The position numbers and the translations under genes were made by a program. A stretch of 16,296 nt of DNA, from NCBI GenBank assembly GCA_048939465.1, contig JBHLPL010000039.1:1-16296 (forward strand), in the 5' to 3' direction. This document shows, one piece after another, positions 15,127-16,296 of the stretch; within the stretch, counting starts at the first letter, position 1, and each line of letters starts with the position of its first letter. This DNA comes from Promethearchaeota archaeon. GTDB lineage: Archaea; Asgardarchaeota; Odinarchaeia; Odinarchaeales; JBHLKK01. Below the pieces are notes generated by a model. It was not told the origin of the DNA. It searched no databases and worked only from the letters and a program-made list of their open reading frames with translations.

Positions 15127-16080
15127 ATGAAGCAAAACGTGATCCAAACAATTCAACTAACCAAGAAGTTTGATGATCTGACAGCCGTAGACAGTATAGA
15201 TATTCACGTGAAAAAAGGTGAACTTGTTTCACTCATAGGACCAAACGGTGCTGGGAAAACAACAACTATCTCCATGTTGAGCACGATTCTCAAGCCCACC
15301 AGCGGAGATGCCTTTGTTGGCGGGTACAGTATAATAGATGAGCCTGAAGGAGTTAGGAAGCAGATCGGAGTTGTTCCCCAACAAGTCATCATGTATGATT
15401 ATCTCTCTCCCAAAGAGAACTGTGAGTTTTTTGCAGGAATGTACGGTCTTCCGAGAAGCGAAATTCAGCTAAGAATCAGAGCCCTCTTCGAATTACTTGG
15501 TTTGGAAGGAAAAGCAAACACCAGAACTTCCAAACTAAGCGGGGGGTTGAAAAGGAGATTGAATCTGGCAATGGGCTTGGTGATGGACCCAGAAATCATT
15601 TTCCTTGACGAACCATCGGCGGGGCTTGATCCGCAAGCTGCACATCTTACCTGGGATTTTATTAGGGGTCTGAGAGATCAGGGCAAAACCATTATATTAA
15701 CTACTCACAACATGCACGAAGTCGAAGAACTCAGTGATCGAGTGTATATAATCGATAACGGAAGTATTATTGCACATGGCACACCACAGGCCCTTCGGGC
15801 AAATGTAGGCGAGGGGGAAGTATTTGATCTGAAATTCAAGGATGATATTGATCTAGACAAGTTGAAGAAAGAAATTGAAGAACTGGGATCGTTTATTTCC
15901 AGAGTCAAGATCTTGGGTAAGGATAGAGTGGTTGTTTCGGCAACTGGAGGCGTCAAAAGACTTCTCGAAATCGAGAAACTTCTTCCAAATAAACTGGAAT
16001 CGCTTGAGAATCTAAACATACGGGGTAATAGCCTCGAAGATGTATTCCTAGTCCTAACTGGGAGGGAACTAAGGGAGTGA
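15127..16080 (+). CDS. ABC transporter ATP-binding protein (DrrA-like, ABC-2 exporter)
   Basis: Walker A GPNGAGKTT, signature LSGGLKRRL, Walker B IIFLDEP, H-loop LTTH, C-terminal SLEDVFL.LTG. Confidence 0.97.
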   Translation: MKQNVIQTIQLTKKFDDLTAVDSIDIHVKKGELVSLIGPNGAGKTTTISMLSTILKPTSGDAFVGGYSIIDEPEGVRKQIGVVPQQVIMYDYLSPKENCEFFAGMYGLPRSEIQLRIRALFELLGLEGKANTRTSKLSGGLKRRLNLAMGLVMDPEIIFLDEPSAGLDPQAAHLTWDFIRGLRDQGKTIILTTHNMHEVEELSDRVYIIDNGSIIAHGTPQALRANVGEGEVFDLKFKDDIDLDKLKKEIEELGSFISRVKILGKDRVVVSATGGVKRLLEIEKLLPNKLESLENLNIRGNSLEDVFLVLTGRELRE

Positions 16081-16087
16081 GTGCAAA

Positions 16088-16296
16088 ATGAGAGAGATTT
16101 TGAGTTTAGTCCTAAAGAACATAAAATTCCGGTTCAGGGAACCTCAGCAATTCATATTCATATTCGGATTTCCAATAATGTTCGTCTTTGTCTTCTGGTT
16201 CATGTTCAGTCAAATGATGATCGGAACTCATACCCAATTTGATCTATTCATTTGGGGACTTCTTGGATTCAGTACTGCGTTTGCAACTCAGTCCGC
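16088..16296 (+). CDS. ABC-2 type permease, N-terminal fragment (3'-truncated)
   Basis: Manual translation MREILSLVLKNIKFRFREPQQFIFIFGFPIMFVFVFWFMF..., open to the window end, starting 7 nt after the ATPase stop. Confidence 0.85.
   Translation, partial: MREILSLVLKNIKFRFREPQQFIFIFGFPIMFVFVFWFMFSQMMIGTHTQFDLFIWGLLGFSTAFATQS

Noticed and set aside
139-16019. Remaining short overlapping or antisense ORFs in the track (e.g. 139..336, 856..1113, 1274..1471, 1615..1851, 2313..2597, 3041..3346, 4488..4772, 4598..5011, 6547..6795, 7592..7882, 8078..8554, 9435..9647, 10040..10231, 11126..11518, 11965..12153, 12281..12499, 12852..13067, 13076..13282, 13390..13572, 13797..14030, 13965..14156, 14115..14513, 14845..15156, 15008..15232, 15204..15392, 15705..16019)
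   Set aside because: They overlap better-supported genes or regulatory regions in another frame or strand and carry no recognisable motifs.

Overview
This is a gene-dense window of probable archaeal origin. The evidence is GGAGGTGA/GAGGTGA Shine-Dalgarno motifs, TTTATATA-type TATA boxes, an archaeal-type FKBP with the bulge insertion and a PadR carrying a zinc ribbon; the lineage cannot be fixed from the sequence alone. In order it holds a 5'-truncated M24 peptidase/creatinase-fold gene, a short FKBP, a class V PLP enzyme, a Cys-rich DUF6144-like protein, a DUF3096-like membrane peptide, and a small Lys/Gly-rich protein whose 27-Glu tail is encoded by a perfect (GAAGAG)13 repeat. Next come a small membrane protein, two GNATs, a hairpin-rich intergenic region, a DsrE-family protein, a DUF6512-like membrane protein and an MFS transporter. 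The right half holds an unusual TM-wHTH-CDF-wHTH fusion, a membrane-anchored unknown protein with a SAM methyltransferase, a membrane protein, and a PadR-zinc ribbon / HAAS membrane protein / small Cys4 protein / ABC-2 exporter cluster that runs off the 3' end. I found no rRNA, tRNA, CRISPR array or transposase. The strongest leads are the CDF domain flanked by two winged-helix domains with an atypical metal site, the bipolar basic/poly-Glu protein with its in-frame VNTR, the PadR-HAAS-ABC module with a candidate operator, and a SECIS/kink-turn-like hairpin that has no convincing selenoprotein partner. All family calls come from motif recognition by eye, not from database searches.
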